In this document: piece by piece, positions 1 through 9,192 of the stretch
Layout of the letters: every line of letters begins with the position of its first letter
How positions within the stretch are numbered: position 1 is the stretch's first letter
Virus record (IMG/VR): IMGVR_UViG_3300034108_000503
Coordinates: 1 to 64,000 of that record
Reading direction: 5' to 3' (one strand)
DNA from: a virus
DNA: 64,000 nucleotides
Notes under the pieces: model-generated
What the model saw: the letters and a program-made list of their open reading frames with translations, nothing else
What the model was told of the DNA's origin: nothing
Databases searched by the model: none
Program-made: the position numbers and the translations under genes

Positions 1-2
1 GG

Positions 3-878
3 ACATGGACGCCAGCGGGAGCCGTCACCTCGGGCAATCTCACGGTTTCTCTTATCAGCAAAACGACCGGGACCGTGCTGGCAACACGCACGGCAGCACA
101 ACGTGCAGCGGCATCATCGGCTGGCAGCGGGCTGACGAAAAAATGCCTGTTTCTGGGCGATTCGCTAACTGCTGCCGGAACCATGACGCAGACGATCCTC
201 GACATCGCTGGTCCTGATGTGATGGACGTTGAGCTTTACGGGACGCAGGGAACGGCACCGAACAGGCACGAAGGGCGCGGAGGATGGTCCTGCACTAGCT
301 TTACCTCTGCCACGCATGTGGGGACTGCAAATCCGCTATGGGATGGTAGCGCGGTAAACTTCGGTTGGTATCTGTCGCAAAACAGTATTCCGGCGCTCGA
401 CTGGGTTTTCATCCAGCTGGGAACAAACGACGTTTTCAGCGCCACAACAGACGCGGCGGCGCTGACAACCACCAATGACCAGCAGACCAAGCTGGACATC
501 ATCATCAACAGCATCAAGGCGAGCAACGCCAGCACAAAAGTCGGCTTGCTCATCTCGCCTCCACCATCGTTCGACCAAGACTCATTCGGCGATGACTACG
601 GAGTCGGGCAAACTCGCCTGCGCTTTAAGCGGAATATCCTGATCTGGGCAAAGCAGATGGTTTCCAAGTATTCTGGGCAGGAGGCATCAAGAGTTTTTCT
701 ACTGTCCACCAGTGCCGCGCTGGACACTATCAACAACATGGAGCGCGCCGCATCGGCCCCGGTAAACAGCAGGTCATCCGTAAACGTCCAGCGGCAGAGC
801 AACGGAGTGCATCCAGCAACCTCCGGATACCAGCAGATCGCCGACTCGGTCTGGGCATTTCTAAAATACAACGCATAA
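3..878 (+). CDS. SGNH/GDSL hydrolase domain protein, probable tail spike/esterase (5'-partial)
   Basis: The frame is open from position 3. Motifs FLGDSLT (block I), GRGGW, QLGTND (block III) and NGVHP (block V) are present. Sits at the end of the tail gene region. Confidence 0.8.
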   Translation, partial: TWTPAGAVTSGNLTVSLISKTTGTVLATRTAAQRAAASSAGSGLTKKCLFLGDSLTAAGTMTQTILDIAGPDVMDVELYGTQGTAPNRHEGRGGWSCTSFTSATHVGTANPLWDGSAVNFGWYLSQNSIPALDWVFIQLGTNDVFSATTDAAALTTTNDQQTKLDIIINSIKASNASTKVGLLISPPPSFDQDSFGDDYGVGQTRLRFKRNILIWAKQMVSKYSGQEASRVFLLSTSAALDTINNMERAASAPVNSRSSVNVQRQSNGVHPATSGYQQIADSVWAFLKYNA

Positions 879-894
879 AAATTAACACCACCAG

Positions 895-1305
895 ATGCCA
901 CTCACCACTTCACTTTCAATCCTTCCTGTAATCCTTGCAGCAATGAGCCTGCCAACAGTGGCGGTGATTGCGGTCAAGGGACCAATAGTCGATGACATTT
1001 ATGCAGTACTTGGGGCAATCGTTGCTTCAATTCTTGCCGTCATGGAATCCCTCCAGAAACGCAGAGATTACTTCAACGCAGTCTCTACTTTTCTCGGAAG
1101 CGCTGTAGTTGGCGCATTTGCCCCCGGTGTTGTGTACCACACACTTTCATATATGAAGTGGATTCCTGCCGATGCTGCCGTATTTGGTCTTTGGCAAACG
1201 TGGGCAATTTCAGGATTTCTTTTCGGCCTGAATGGATGGTACATTATTCACAAAACAAACGACAGGCTTCGTGATTTCGTAGATAAATTCAAGAACAAAC
1301 CATGA
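895..1305 (+). CDS. Holin-like multi-TM membrane protein
   Basis: 136 aa with 3-4 hydrophobic segments and a basic C-terminus (FVDKFKNKP), located among tail genes. Confidence 0.5.
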   Translation: MPLTTSLSILPVILAAMSLPTVAVIAVKGPIVDDIYAVLGAIVASILAVMESLQKRRDYFNAVSTFLGSAVVGAFAPGVVYHTLSYMKWIPADAAVFGLWQTWAISGFLFGLNGWYIIHKTNDRLRDFVDKFKNKP

Positions 1306-1526
1306 CAACCACCACTACCACTACCACCACCCAGACAGTCCCATCGGCAGCAGACATTGAAGCTGCCGGGAAAAAGCTCCGCGAAGATCTTACGAAGTTC
1401 TTCAAGTGGATGCGGTTTTTCATGAAGAACTCTGGCCCGCTAATTGCCTTTCATTTCTTTATGGCGATTGCATACGCCTCGAAAGATGCTCTTACTGACG
1501 AAGGTCAGACGGTAGACATTCCGTAA
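1302..1526 (+). CDS. Hypothetical protein (poly-Thr N-terminus, one hydrophobic stretch)
   Basis: ATGA overlap with the upstream gene, in operon context. Confidence 0.6.
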   Translation: MTTTTTTTTTQTVPSAADIEAAGKKLREDLTKFFKWMRFFMKNSGPLIAFHFFMAIAYASKDALTDEGQTVDIP

Positions 1527-1538
1527 CCACAGAATCCA

Positions 1539-2750
1539 ATGCCAGATCTCACCACCAGTTCAGCGGTCGATACGTTCATGCAGTCTGTTGATCAGGCGGC
1601 AATGAGGTCTGCCATTGGCGTTACGTTCACCCAGCCAACCGGAGCATCTTTGATTCAGTCCGGTGGGTTCCCGGTGACATTGACTGCCACTGGATCCACG
1701 TCTGTCACGCTGCCGACAAGTGGAACCCTGGCATCCACGGCAGATAAGCTGAGTGCGTTTGCTGCCACCACGTCAGATGAACTTCGCGGAGTCATCAGCA
1801 ATGAAACCGGAACTGGATCTCTGGTCTTCGCTACGTCACCAACGCTGGTCACCCCGAATATCGGCGTGGCTTCAGCGACGAGCGTGAATAAGGTATTGAT
1901 CACGGCACCTGCTACTTCAGCCACGCTGACGATCACGAACGGCTCTTCGCTGACGGCATCCGGAAATGTCACACTGGCATCCAGCGGAACAATGACACTG
2001 ACGCTGGGGGCGAACAACATCACGCTCTCAACATCAGGGGCAACGGCAGTCACACTCCCTGTATCGGGAACTCTCGCGACACTTAGCGGATCAGAGACGC
2101 TTTCAAACAAGACCCTTTCAGGGTGTGAACTCGGAGAGCCAATTTCTGGCGCACTCACAAACTGCACGGATTACCCGGTTTCCGCTTTGGCAAATGCCGG
2201 GACAGGGGTAAATACTTTCCTTGCAACACCAAGCAGCGCAAACCTGCGGGCAGCAGTTACTGATGAAACGGGAACTGGATCACTGGTCTTTGCGAATACA
2301 CCAACACTGATTACTCCAAATATCGGAGCAGCAATCGGAGCAAGCCTTGCTGTCTCCGGTGCGCTTACAAGCAGTGGAGGAAATATCGGGTTTACAGCAG
2401 GGGCGGGCGGAACCGTTACGCAAGCCACATCATCGACAACATCTGTCACGATCAACGCAAGATGCGGGATGGTTCAGATGAATGCCAGCGTATCTATTGC
2501 GCCGGAAAACAAAGCTGTATTCCAAGTAGACAACAATACTGTAGCTCAGTCTGATGTCGTAATTCTTTCCATTCGCGGGGGAACCAACGGAGGAAATACC
2601 CAGGCGTCTGTCGTTGAAGTTGGTGCCGGGTATTTCAAGATCTGCGTGTCGAATAATAACGCGAGCGGAGGAACCACCGAAACAGGAACAGCCATCCAGA
2701 TCAACTTTGCCGTATTCAAAGCAACCACGTCCTCAACGCCTCCATCCTGA
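1539..2750 (+). CDS. Tail fibre-like virion protein
   Basis: T/S/G/A-rich beta-type sequence with an internal duplication, ETGTGSLVFA(TS/NT)PTL(V/I)TPNIG, at ~1801 and ~2262. Confidence 0.7.
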   Translation: MPDLTTSSAVDTFMQSVDQAAMRSAIGVTFTQPTGASLIQSGGFPVTLTATGSTSVTLPTSGTLASTADKLSAFAATTSDELRGVISNETGTGSLVFATSPTLVTPNIGVASATSVNKVLITAPATSATLTITNGSSLTASGNVTLASSGTMTLTLGANNITLSTSGATAVTLPVSGTLATLSGSETLSNKTLSGCELGEPISGALTNCTDYPVSALANAGTGVNTFLATPSSANLRAAVTDETGTGSLVFANTPTLITPNIGAAIGASLAVSGALTSSGGNIGFTAGAGGTVTQATSSTTSVTINARCGMVQMNASVSIAPENKAVFQVDNNTVAQSDVVILSIRGGTNGGNTQASVVEVGAGYFKICVSNNNASGGTTETGTAIQINFAVFKATTSSTPPS

Positions 2751-2753
2751 TAA

Positions 2754-4529
2754 ATGCCAGCAGTCCAGAGACCAGCATCGCAGGCACCGCAGCGTCAACG
2801 GACCAGGGTATTTCCTACTCCGAAGATTGCGGATGTCATCATCCGGCAGGTCTTTGAGTCAACTAGGACAACAGTCCCAGCATACGGAACTGCTCACCCG
2901 GATACGGCGAAGTACCCGAACCATAAACTGGTCCACGCAAAGGTCATTGATGAGCAGGGTCTGTTCCTTGAACTCTGGTACGCGGCAGACAGATCCAATC
3001 AGGAAGACTACAACTACTCGCTGACGTACCCATACGGTGGGAATCCTGCGTACCCACGGGTCACTAGGACATACATCCTTCCGCGTTCTCCTGATCCTCT
3101 TGCTCTTGGGTCCACCGATCCGGGTGGATCAATGTTTGGGATTGAGGGATACCGAAGACCAGACAGCACATCCAGATACCGTAGGCCGGACGGAGTATCT
3201 CAGTATTTCAGGGCAGGACTTCCTGCCGGGGTGCTTGTGGCGCAGTCGGAGCGTCCTCTCGGTGATGAACTCAACGGGTTGTACGTTGAGGTTACTCGGG
3301 TGTACGATGTGATCCCTGGACTTGAGGACCAAGGCTCCAGTAACGGACTTGGGCAAACAGACGACGGGTACTCGGTTGAGCGTCCGATGCAGGACAAGAA
3401 CTGGATCAGGCTGACGTGGAAGATCGTTCTTCCGAGAACCATTGCTGATGCATACAGGAGGGACAACTTTGATATCTGCCCGATTCCGAGATATCAGTTT
3501 CTCTATCTTGTCGATGAGCGGATTCAAGTAAACGAGGAGTCCAATCAGACCTCGACCATCGTGCGCGTGTACGAGGGAGATCAGCGTGACACCAAGGACA
3601 CCTCGGATGCCACCATCGTAGGCAAGAACAAGCAGTACCCTGGTATCATTCCACCAGAGAAGTTCCTTCTGGAGACAGAGAGCAAGCAACTCACGAAACG
3701 TATTCTGTCGCCTGAGTCCATTGATCTTGATGGCAATTCCATTCCTGCTGACTTCACCCTGGTTGAGTCCAAGGTTGATCCAGAAGGCACGAACTCTGGC
3801 AGTAAGACGGTCGTCGCCACAAGCTATAACAACATTGCTCCGCTCAACGGCAAGCAGTGGGACAACGAGACCCGAAGCTACATCCCGTACACGGTTCAGG
3901 TAATCCCAGCATCCGAGGCACTGAGCTTCCCTGAACCTGTTGGTGCCGAGTTATCAATTCAGCCAATCAACAGGTACTGGTCAATCGCAACCATTGAGAC
4001 ACCGTCATCCACTTCGACTTCGCTTCGTTCGTACTACAGCACGACCCCGTTCTCATGGCCCGCCGTTCTGCCTTCGTCAGGACAGGGTGCTTTGAAGTTT
4101 GGCGCAATCAAAAGAAAGGACAGGAGAACTGGAGAATTTACTGGAGAAGAAGTTCCTTGGTATGATTTTGAATTGATTCCGGCGTGGAGTGGGATCTGCA
4201 AGGCGTTCGTTGAGATCAGTTGGTCACCAACGCCACCAGATTTCGTCCCGATTCAAACCATGAATCCAACCGAGATTGTGATTTCATGGCCCGTTGGATC
4301 AGTCCGTATTCCGAAATGCCTGCATGCAGCATATGAATTCAAAGGAACAACCGGAACCGAAAATCCAGACTGGGATTTTGCTGATTTCAAAAGAATCGTT
4401 CCAGCGACAAACTACGAGACTTGGCCAGAAAGCATTGTCGCTGACTTTGACGTGACACCATACAAGGGTGGATTCAGGACAAGAAAGATCACTGTATTCA
4501 GACCATATAACTCTGTTCTCCAGTTCTAA
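2754..4529 (+). CDS. Virion structural (tail) protein
   Basis: 591-aa ORF tightly packed in the structural operon. The internal VTR(T/V)Y motif is repeated. Confidence 0.65.
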   Translation: MPAVQRPASQAPQRQRTRVFPTPKIADVIIRQVFESTRTTVPAYGTAHPDTAKYPNHKLVHAKVIDEQGLFLELWYAADRSNQEDYNYSLTYPYGGNPAYPRVTRTYILPRSPDPLALGSTDPGGSMFGIEGYRRPDSTSRYRRPDGVSQYFRAGLPAGVLVAQSERPLGDELNGLYVEVTRVYDVIPGLEDQGSSNGLGQTDDGYSVERPMQDKNWIRLTWKIVLPRTIADAYRRDNFDICPIPRYQFLYLVDERIQVNEESNQTSTIVRVYEGDQRDTKDTSDATIVGKNKQYPGIIPPEKFLLETESKQLTKRILSPESIDLDGNSIPADFTLVESKVDPEGTNSGSKTVVATSYNNIAPLNGKQWDNETRSYIPYTVQVIPASEALSFPEPVGAELSIQPINRYWSIATIETPSSTSTSLRSYYSTTPFSWPAVLPSSGQGALKFGAIKRKDRRTGEFTGEEVPWYDFELIPAWSGICKAFVEISWSPTPPDFVPIQTMNPTEIVISWPVGSVRIPKCLHAAYEFKGTTGTENPDWDFADFKRIVPATNYETWPESIVADFDVTPYKGGFRTRKITVFRPYNSVLQF

Positions 4530-5255
4530 ATGCCTTTCCCTGATCTCAGTCACCTTCTTGATCCAGATCAAGTTCCGGATGGAATCCCCCAACCGGGACA
4601 ATCCGCAGCGCAGCCATTCCGAGTACTTGCCGGGGACGGGATTGATGTTGCTCAGTCCGGTGCTGAAGTAATCATCTCGCTTTCCAGTGACGTGCGCGAG
4701 GATATTGAGAACGTCCAGTCGCAGCAGGTTGATCCAGAGGATCCACTCCAGTACATGTCGTTCAGGATTGCGTACAGTGCTGGTGCCTCGCTGGTCAATA
4801 CAGGGTACATCTTTCACATGCACTGGGATCCAGATGCCAGAAAGTGGCTGGCGAAGGAGACTGAAGTAAACCAAGGTCTGATTGAGGCAGAGGCCCCGTT
4901 TTACATCTTTGCGGAGATTCCGATGAAGCAGTACACGGCTCTGACGGAAGTTCCAAACTATGAGGTCAAAAGCACCGTCTCGATTGAGGGTGTGAATTAT
5001 GAATCAACCATCAGCATAAAGACCGACTGGACTGGTATTGATGAGGATAAACTCCTTGATACATCAATCACGCCGCAGAGCATTTTCAAGATGTCGGTCA
5101 CGTCACCGGAGAACACGTTTTGGCCTGATGACGGGAAGTTCAGATTCGTGCTTGGGTTCGTTGATCCTGATGGAAACGTACAGCAAACCCACATCGGTGG
5201 ATTCACTCTGCCGCAGGCGTATTCACCAAACATCATAGCCTGGACCCTGACGTAA
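4530..5255 (+). CDS. Putative tail protein
   Basis: Abuts the upstream stop. N-terminal AGDGI motif; weak similarity to the next ORF (AGSGI ... KFR.. ... GxxxxP). Confidence 0.6.
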   Translation: MPFPDLSHLLDPDQVPDGIPQPGQSAAQPFRVLAGDGIDVAQSGAEVIISLSSDVREDIENVQSQQVDPEDPLQYMSFRIAYSAGASLVNTGYIFHMHWDPDARKWLAKETEVNQGLIEAEAPFYIFAEIPMKQYTALTEVPNYEVKSTVSIEGVNYESTISIKTDWTGIDEDKLLDTSITPQSIFKMSVTSPENTFWPDDGKFRFVLGFVDPDGNVQQTHIGGFTLPQAYSPNIIAWTLT

Positions 5256-5899
5256 TGGCGGCACCAATAATCAAAGCAGGATCAGGGATTCAGTTCATGC
5301 AAGGCGAACTGGTGTCCATGCTGTCGATTGATCCTCTGTTCGCCGCAATCATCCGCAGGAGTACGCCGTCTGTGGTTGAGCCGATCCAGTACAACATCGA
5401 CTTCAATATTGAGGTTCAGGTTGTTGACGACAAAGATGTCATCGTCTGCTCGGCTGGAAACATTCAAGGGCTTGGCGATCCAGCAATTAATGTCTTCCGC
5501 AACACATTCGGCACTTCGTTTCGTGATCTTGAAAGCGAAACTGACGGTGTGATTTACATTGAGATGCCAATGGTTGAGCTTTGGCCGGATACGGAATCTG
5601 CTGCTGTTGGTCTTGTTGATATCTCAACCGTCCCTTACAACAACTCACTGAGAATCAGTTCTGCAAGGTTTTACCCGGTTCGCGACTCTGCGCTTTTCAA
5701 GATTGCTGCTGTCTTCCCGGAGCCAGACCCGGAGAAGTTCAGGGTGAGGGTGGCTGAGTATTCTGTTGATGAGAATGGATTCATTTCCATCAGGCTTCTG
5801 AAGTTTGGATCTATTGTAATCCCGAATGCAATCTACCTGCCGGGATCGTTTCCGGGAACTGATCTCTCGGGAGCAACAGTGTCATTCCGACCAGTATAA
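5255..5899 (+). CDS. Putative tail protein (possible paralog of upstream ORF)
   Basis: TAATG overlap, structural operon context. Confidence 0.6.
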   Translation: MAAPIIKAGSGIQFMQGELVSMLSIDPLFAAIIRRSTPSVVEPIQYNIDFNIEVQVVDDKDVIVCSAGNIQGLGDPAINVFRNTFGTSFRDLESETDGVIYIEMPMVELWPDTESAAVGLVDISTVPYNNSLRISSARFYPVRDSALFKIAAVFPEPDPEKFRVRVAEYSVDENGFISIRLLKFGSIVIPNAIYLPGSFPGTDLSGATVSFRPV

Positions 5900-5938
5900 G
5901 CACTTGCATGAGAAACCACGGAATGTAACCTCCCAAAG

Positions 5939-6880
5939 ATGAGAACCGTAGCGCAGATCAACTCAGTCCTCTCCACATATCTCCCTGTGGCAGACGGTCA
6001 CTCTGCCGCTACAAGCATCCTGCCGATGCTCAATCAGGTTCTCCCGAGGCTTTACAACATGGGGAACTGGAGGGCATTGCAGCAGGAAGTTGAGCTTGAT
6101 GTCTCTGCCGGGTACATCTGTCTGCCGGAAGACTACGAATCCCTGCTGTCGGTGAGGATCAATGACATCCCGGCTGAGATCAGAGGGCAGCACTACGAGT
6201 ACCAGACAACTGGTCCTGGGTTTCTTGAGCGTCCTGTTTCTTTCTTCTTCGGTCTGACCGATGAAGGATTCATTCCGACAATGTCAGATCTTCCGATCAC
6301 CGGACTGGACGAAATGATCTTCACGCTGATCAATGGAACCTGGGATTCATCCGATTCAATCAGGGTCGAGTACGTCACTGAGGACGGAAGATTCGTCTGG
6401 ACTCCGACGCTCACCGGGCTTTCAACAATCACGCTTACCCCGGCGGAACCAATCCTTTCGGTTCAGAGTATCCAGTACACATCAATGCCAAACCGGGTGA
6501 CGGTCAAGGATTCCGATGACTACCTGTATGCCGTACTGATGGCTGGCGACGGTGTCACCGAATACCGCAGATACTCAGTTCCTCAAGTTCCGGACGATGC
6601 CACCGGGGAGTGGACAATCAGCGGAATCGCAAAACAGAAGTTCCGGCAACTCACGTCCAACACCGACATCGTCTACCTAGACAACACGACCGTCCTCAAG
6701 CATGCGTTCCTCGGGATTACTGCCGAAGATAACGCAGACCTCGACAGAGCCACATACCACTGGAGCCTCGTCGAACAGTCTCTCCAGAAGGAACTGTCGC
6801 AGTCTAGGGGTGGAGCCAAGGGGTATCCGCAGATTGAAATCTGGGGAGCGGGGAACAAACCAATCAATCCATACTTCTAA
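5939..6880 (+). CDS. Putative head-tail adaptor / tail tubular protein
   Basis: Helical N- and C-termini around a beta core (YICLPEDYESLL), located before the ejection-protein-like genes. Function is inferred. Confidence 0.5.
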   Translation: MRTVAQINSVLSTYLPVADGHSAATSILPMLNQVLPRLYNMGNWRALQQEVELDVSAGYICLPEDYESLLSVRINDIPAEIRGQHYEYQTTGPGFLERPVSFFFGLTDEGFIPTMSDLPITGLDEMIFTLINGTWDSSDSIRVEYVTEDGRFVWTPTLTGLSTITLTPAEPILSVQSIQYTSMPNRVTVKDSDDYLYAVLMAGDGVTEYRRYSVPQVPDDATGEWTISGIAKQKFRQLTSNTDIVYLDNTTVLKHAFLGITAEDNADLDRATYHWSLVEQSLQKELSQSRGGAKGYPQIEIWGAGNKPINPYF

Positions 6881-6886
6881 AAAACC

Positions 6887-8092
6887 ATGGCTATCGGATC
6901 ACTTTCAGAACCTGATCAACTCAGGGCATCCAGAGACTTTGCCCGTCAACGCCAGTCGCTGCTGACGCAAGGCTACCGTCAGGCGAAGCGGAAGGGCGAC
7001 TACATGGGTGCGCTTGCCGTCACTGAGCTTGGCAGAAAAGCCGGACTCAAGATCGGAGGGACAGTCCGAGCCGAGGATGTCGCTGCCGCCGGGGAACGGG
7101 ATTACGAGCAAGGTTTCGAGAAACTCGGACAGACGCCTCCTCCTGTCAGCGGTCTTGATGCTTACAAGGCAATGCAACCGCAGGCTCGTATGGCACAGCA
7201 GGGAGGTAATCAGGCGACTACAGCAGCAACGCAAGCGGCGAAGCCAGCAATGCCGTCCCAGTCTGACATCACGCAGCAGTTCCGTGATCGGTACAAGGAT
7301 GCCGAAACGGATGAAGACCGCATGGGGATCGTGTCGGAAGCAAGGGGTGCAGGCGTTCCGCTTTCTAAGTACGGCAAAGACATGCTCGCCAGCAGGCAGC
7401 AGGTACTGACTCCTCCTTCTCCGAAGCTGACCGAGAATGTTGGTGGAAAGATCAAGTTCACAGAGGCTGGCAAGAAATACTATCAGGGCCTCAAGCAGAA
7501 CCTACCAGAGAGTTCCGTGAACATGCTTGCCGAGAGCAAGCAAATCAGGGACCGAAACGAGAGGCTTCGCAAGATCGGGAACCCAGAGGCAGACTATCGG
7601 ACGCAAATAAAAAATGAAGCTGACATTGCGAAGATCGAAAGCCAGTTTGCACGAGATGTTTCAAATCAACAATTCAAATACGACCAGTCTTCATTTAGGG
7701 GATTTGGCGTTCCGAGGCTTGAGGCTGAACAGGCAAGGATCAAAAGCAAACTAGGAGAAAACCTGCGAGACCAGGTTGATCTTGAGGCGAAAGACAGTTC
7801 TTTTGATATTTTTGATCGGATGGTTGGAGTTCCTAAACCAGCAACGCAGCTTGCCGCAGAAAGACCGGATCTGGTTGCTCCACCAAGAATTTCTCCACCG
7901 AGACCCACTGTAGCCAGTGAGGGTACATACATCCCAACGCCTGGTCCGTATCAGCTTGGCCGGAAAGCAAGGATTGAGAAAGAGAAGGAAGTCAATCCAG
8001 ACGAAGAGAAGTACCTCAAAGGCAAGGCTGAATACGACAAGCGTCAAAAAGCAATGCGAGAACGCCAGCAGAAACTTGTCGTCGGATTCTAA
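6887..8092 (+). CDS. Putative internal virion (ejection) protein
   Basis: Q/A/K/R-rich helical 401 aa preceding the giant protein, as in podoviral ejection modules. Confidence 0.55.
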   Translation: MAIGSLSEPDQLRASRDFARQRQSLLTQGYRQAKRKGDYMGALAVTELGRKAGLKIGGTVRAEDVAAAGERDYEQGFEKLGQTPPPVSGLDAYKAMQPQARMAQQGGNQATTAATQAAKPAMPSQSDITQQFRDRYKDAETDEDRMGIVSEARGAGVPLSKYGKDMLASRQQVLTPPSPKLTENVGGKIKFTEAGKKYYQGLKQNLPESSVNMLAESKQIRDRNERLRKIGNPEADYRTQIKNEADIAKIESQFARDVSNQQFKYDQSSFRGFGVPRLEAEQARIKSKLGENLRDQVDLEAKDSSFDIFDRMVGVPKPATQLAAERPDLVAPPRISPPRPTVASEGTYIPTPGPYQLGRKARIEKEKEVNPDEEKYLKGKAEYDKRQKAMRERQQKLVVGF

Positions 8093-8110
8093 AAGGTAAG
8101 CATCAAGACA

Positions 8111-9145
8111 ATGGCACCTCCTCCAAACAATATCCAGAAAGCCAGAGCAAGCCTCTACGGTGAGCCTGCGCCTTCTTCGTACTTCCAGTCAACCATCCCA
8201 GTTGGCGCGGCCCGCAATGCATTCGGAGGATCAATCAGTCCTCAGTATGCCGCAGAGTTGAAGATGGACACTGCGAAGTACAGGTCCGAGTACGACGACA
8301 TACAGACACGGATGGCGCAGAATGAAATGGAGCGGGCAAGAGCGGCAAGCGCTGGCAGGATTCTTCCGTTCTCCGAGGCGGCGGCTATCGCTCAGGCTCA
8401 ACTGAATGCAGAGCAGTATGGTGCCAGTCGTGGTCTCGTTCCTCTTCAGACGCAATCCTCTGCGAGCGCATTAAAGCTGGAGGGAGCGCAGGCAGAAGCC
8501 AGCATGGCGGATCTTCCGGCAAGGATGGAAGCAGAGCAGCAGCAGCGGATCCGTGACCAGCAGCGGTACGAGTCAGGTGTTGACTCAAATTTCATGGCAA
8601 GGCTCGGTGACAACCCAGCCGCCATGTCTGTGTTTCAGGCGTATCAGGACGGTGGTCCTCAGTCTGCAATGCTCACGCCGGAAGGAAGGCGCAAGCAGGC
8701 AATGATGAACGCCCTGAGCGTTTCGCAGTCGGCTCCGTACATTGAAGCTCTGGACTGGATGTCTCAGTCGAAGCCCGGTATCCGGGAGCAGTTCGTCGAA
8801 CAGATCGCTGACCCGGCTACAGGTCTTCCGATTGCTGAACGGCTCAAGCAGAACCTGACTCCTGCCCAGCGGGCGCAAATGGCATCCGCGTTCAGTCAGT
8901 ACAAAAGTCAGCGCACAAGGTTTGCCGAAGAGAAGGAGCAGCGGATTGCGAAGAGTCAGCAGGACGCAGAAAAGCTGCGTGCATTCTACAGGTTCTACGA
9001 AGATGCCTCCAACAGGTACAAGGATGACCAGGACCCAGAGGCGAAGAAGGAGATGGACATGTACAAGAAGCGCATTGAATCCATGATCGGTGACGGAGGA
9101 TCCGGCGGAATGCCTTCCGGTGGTGGTGCCGAAGACTCGTTCTGA
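8111..9145 (+). CDS. Putative internal virion (ejection) protein
   Basis: A/Q-rich helical 344 aa in the same context. Confidence 0.55.
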   Translation: MAPPPNNIQKARASLYGEPAPSSYFQSTIPVGAARNAFGGSISPQYAAELKMDTAKYRSEYDDIQTRMAQNEMERARAASAGRILPFSEAAAIAQAQLNAEQYGASRGLVPLQTQSSASALKLEGAQAEASMADLPARMEAEQQQRIRDQQRYESGVDSNFMARLGDNPAAMSVFQAYQDGGPQSAMLTPEGRRKQAMMNALSVSQSAPYIEALDWMSQSKPGIREQFVEQIADPATGLPIAERLKQNLTPAQRAQMASAFSQYKSQRTRFAEEKEQRIAKSQQDAEKLRAFYRFYEDASNRYKDDQDPEAKKEMDMYKKRIESMIGDGGSGGMPSGGGAEDSF

Positions 9146-9192
9146 TCAATTCATACTTGATCTATTCCTACTCTGACGGTAAGCCGTGAGGC

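Noticed and set aside
1302-1334. (ACC/ACT)n tract as a phase-variable repeat
   Set aside because: It is an imperfect trinucleotide tract, so slippage would stay in frame; there is no evidence of switching.
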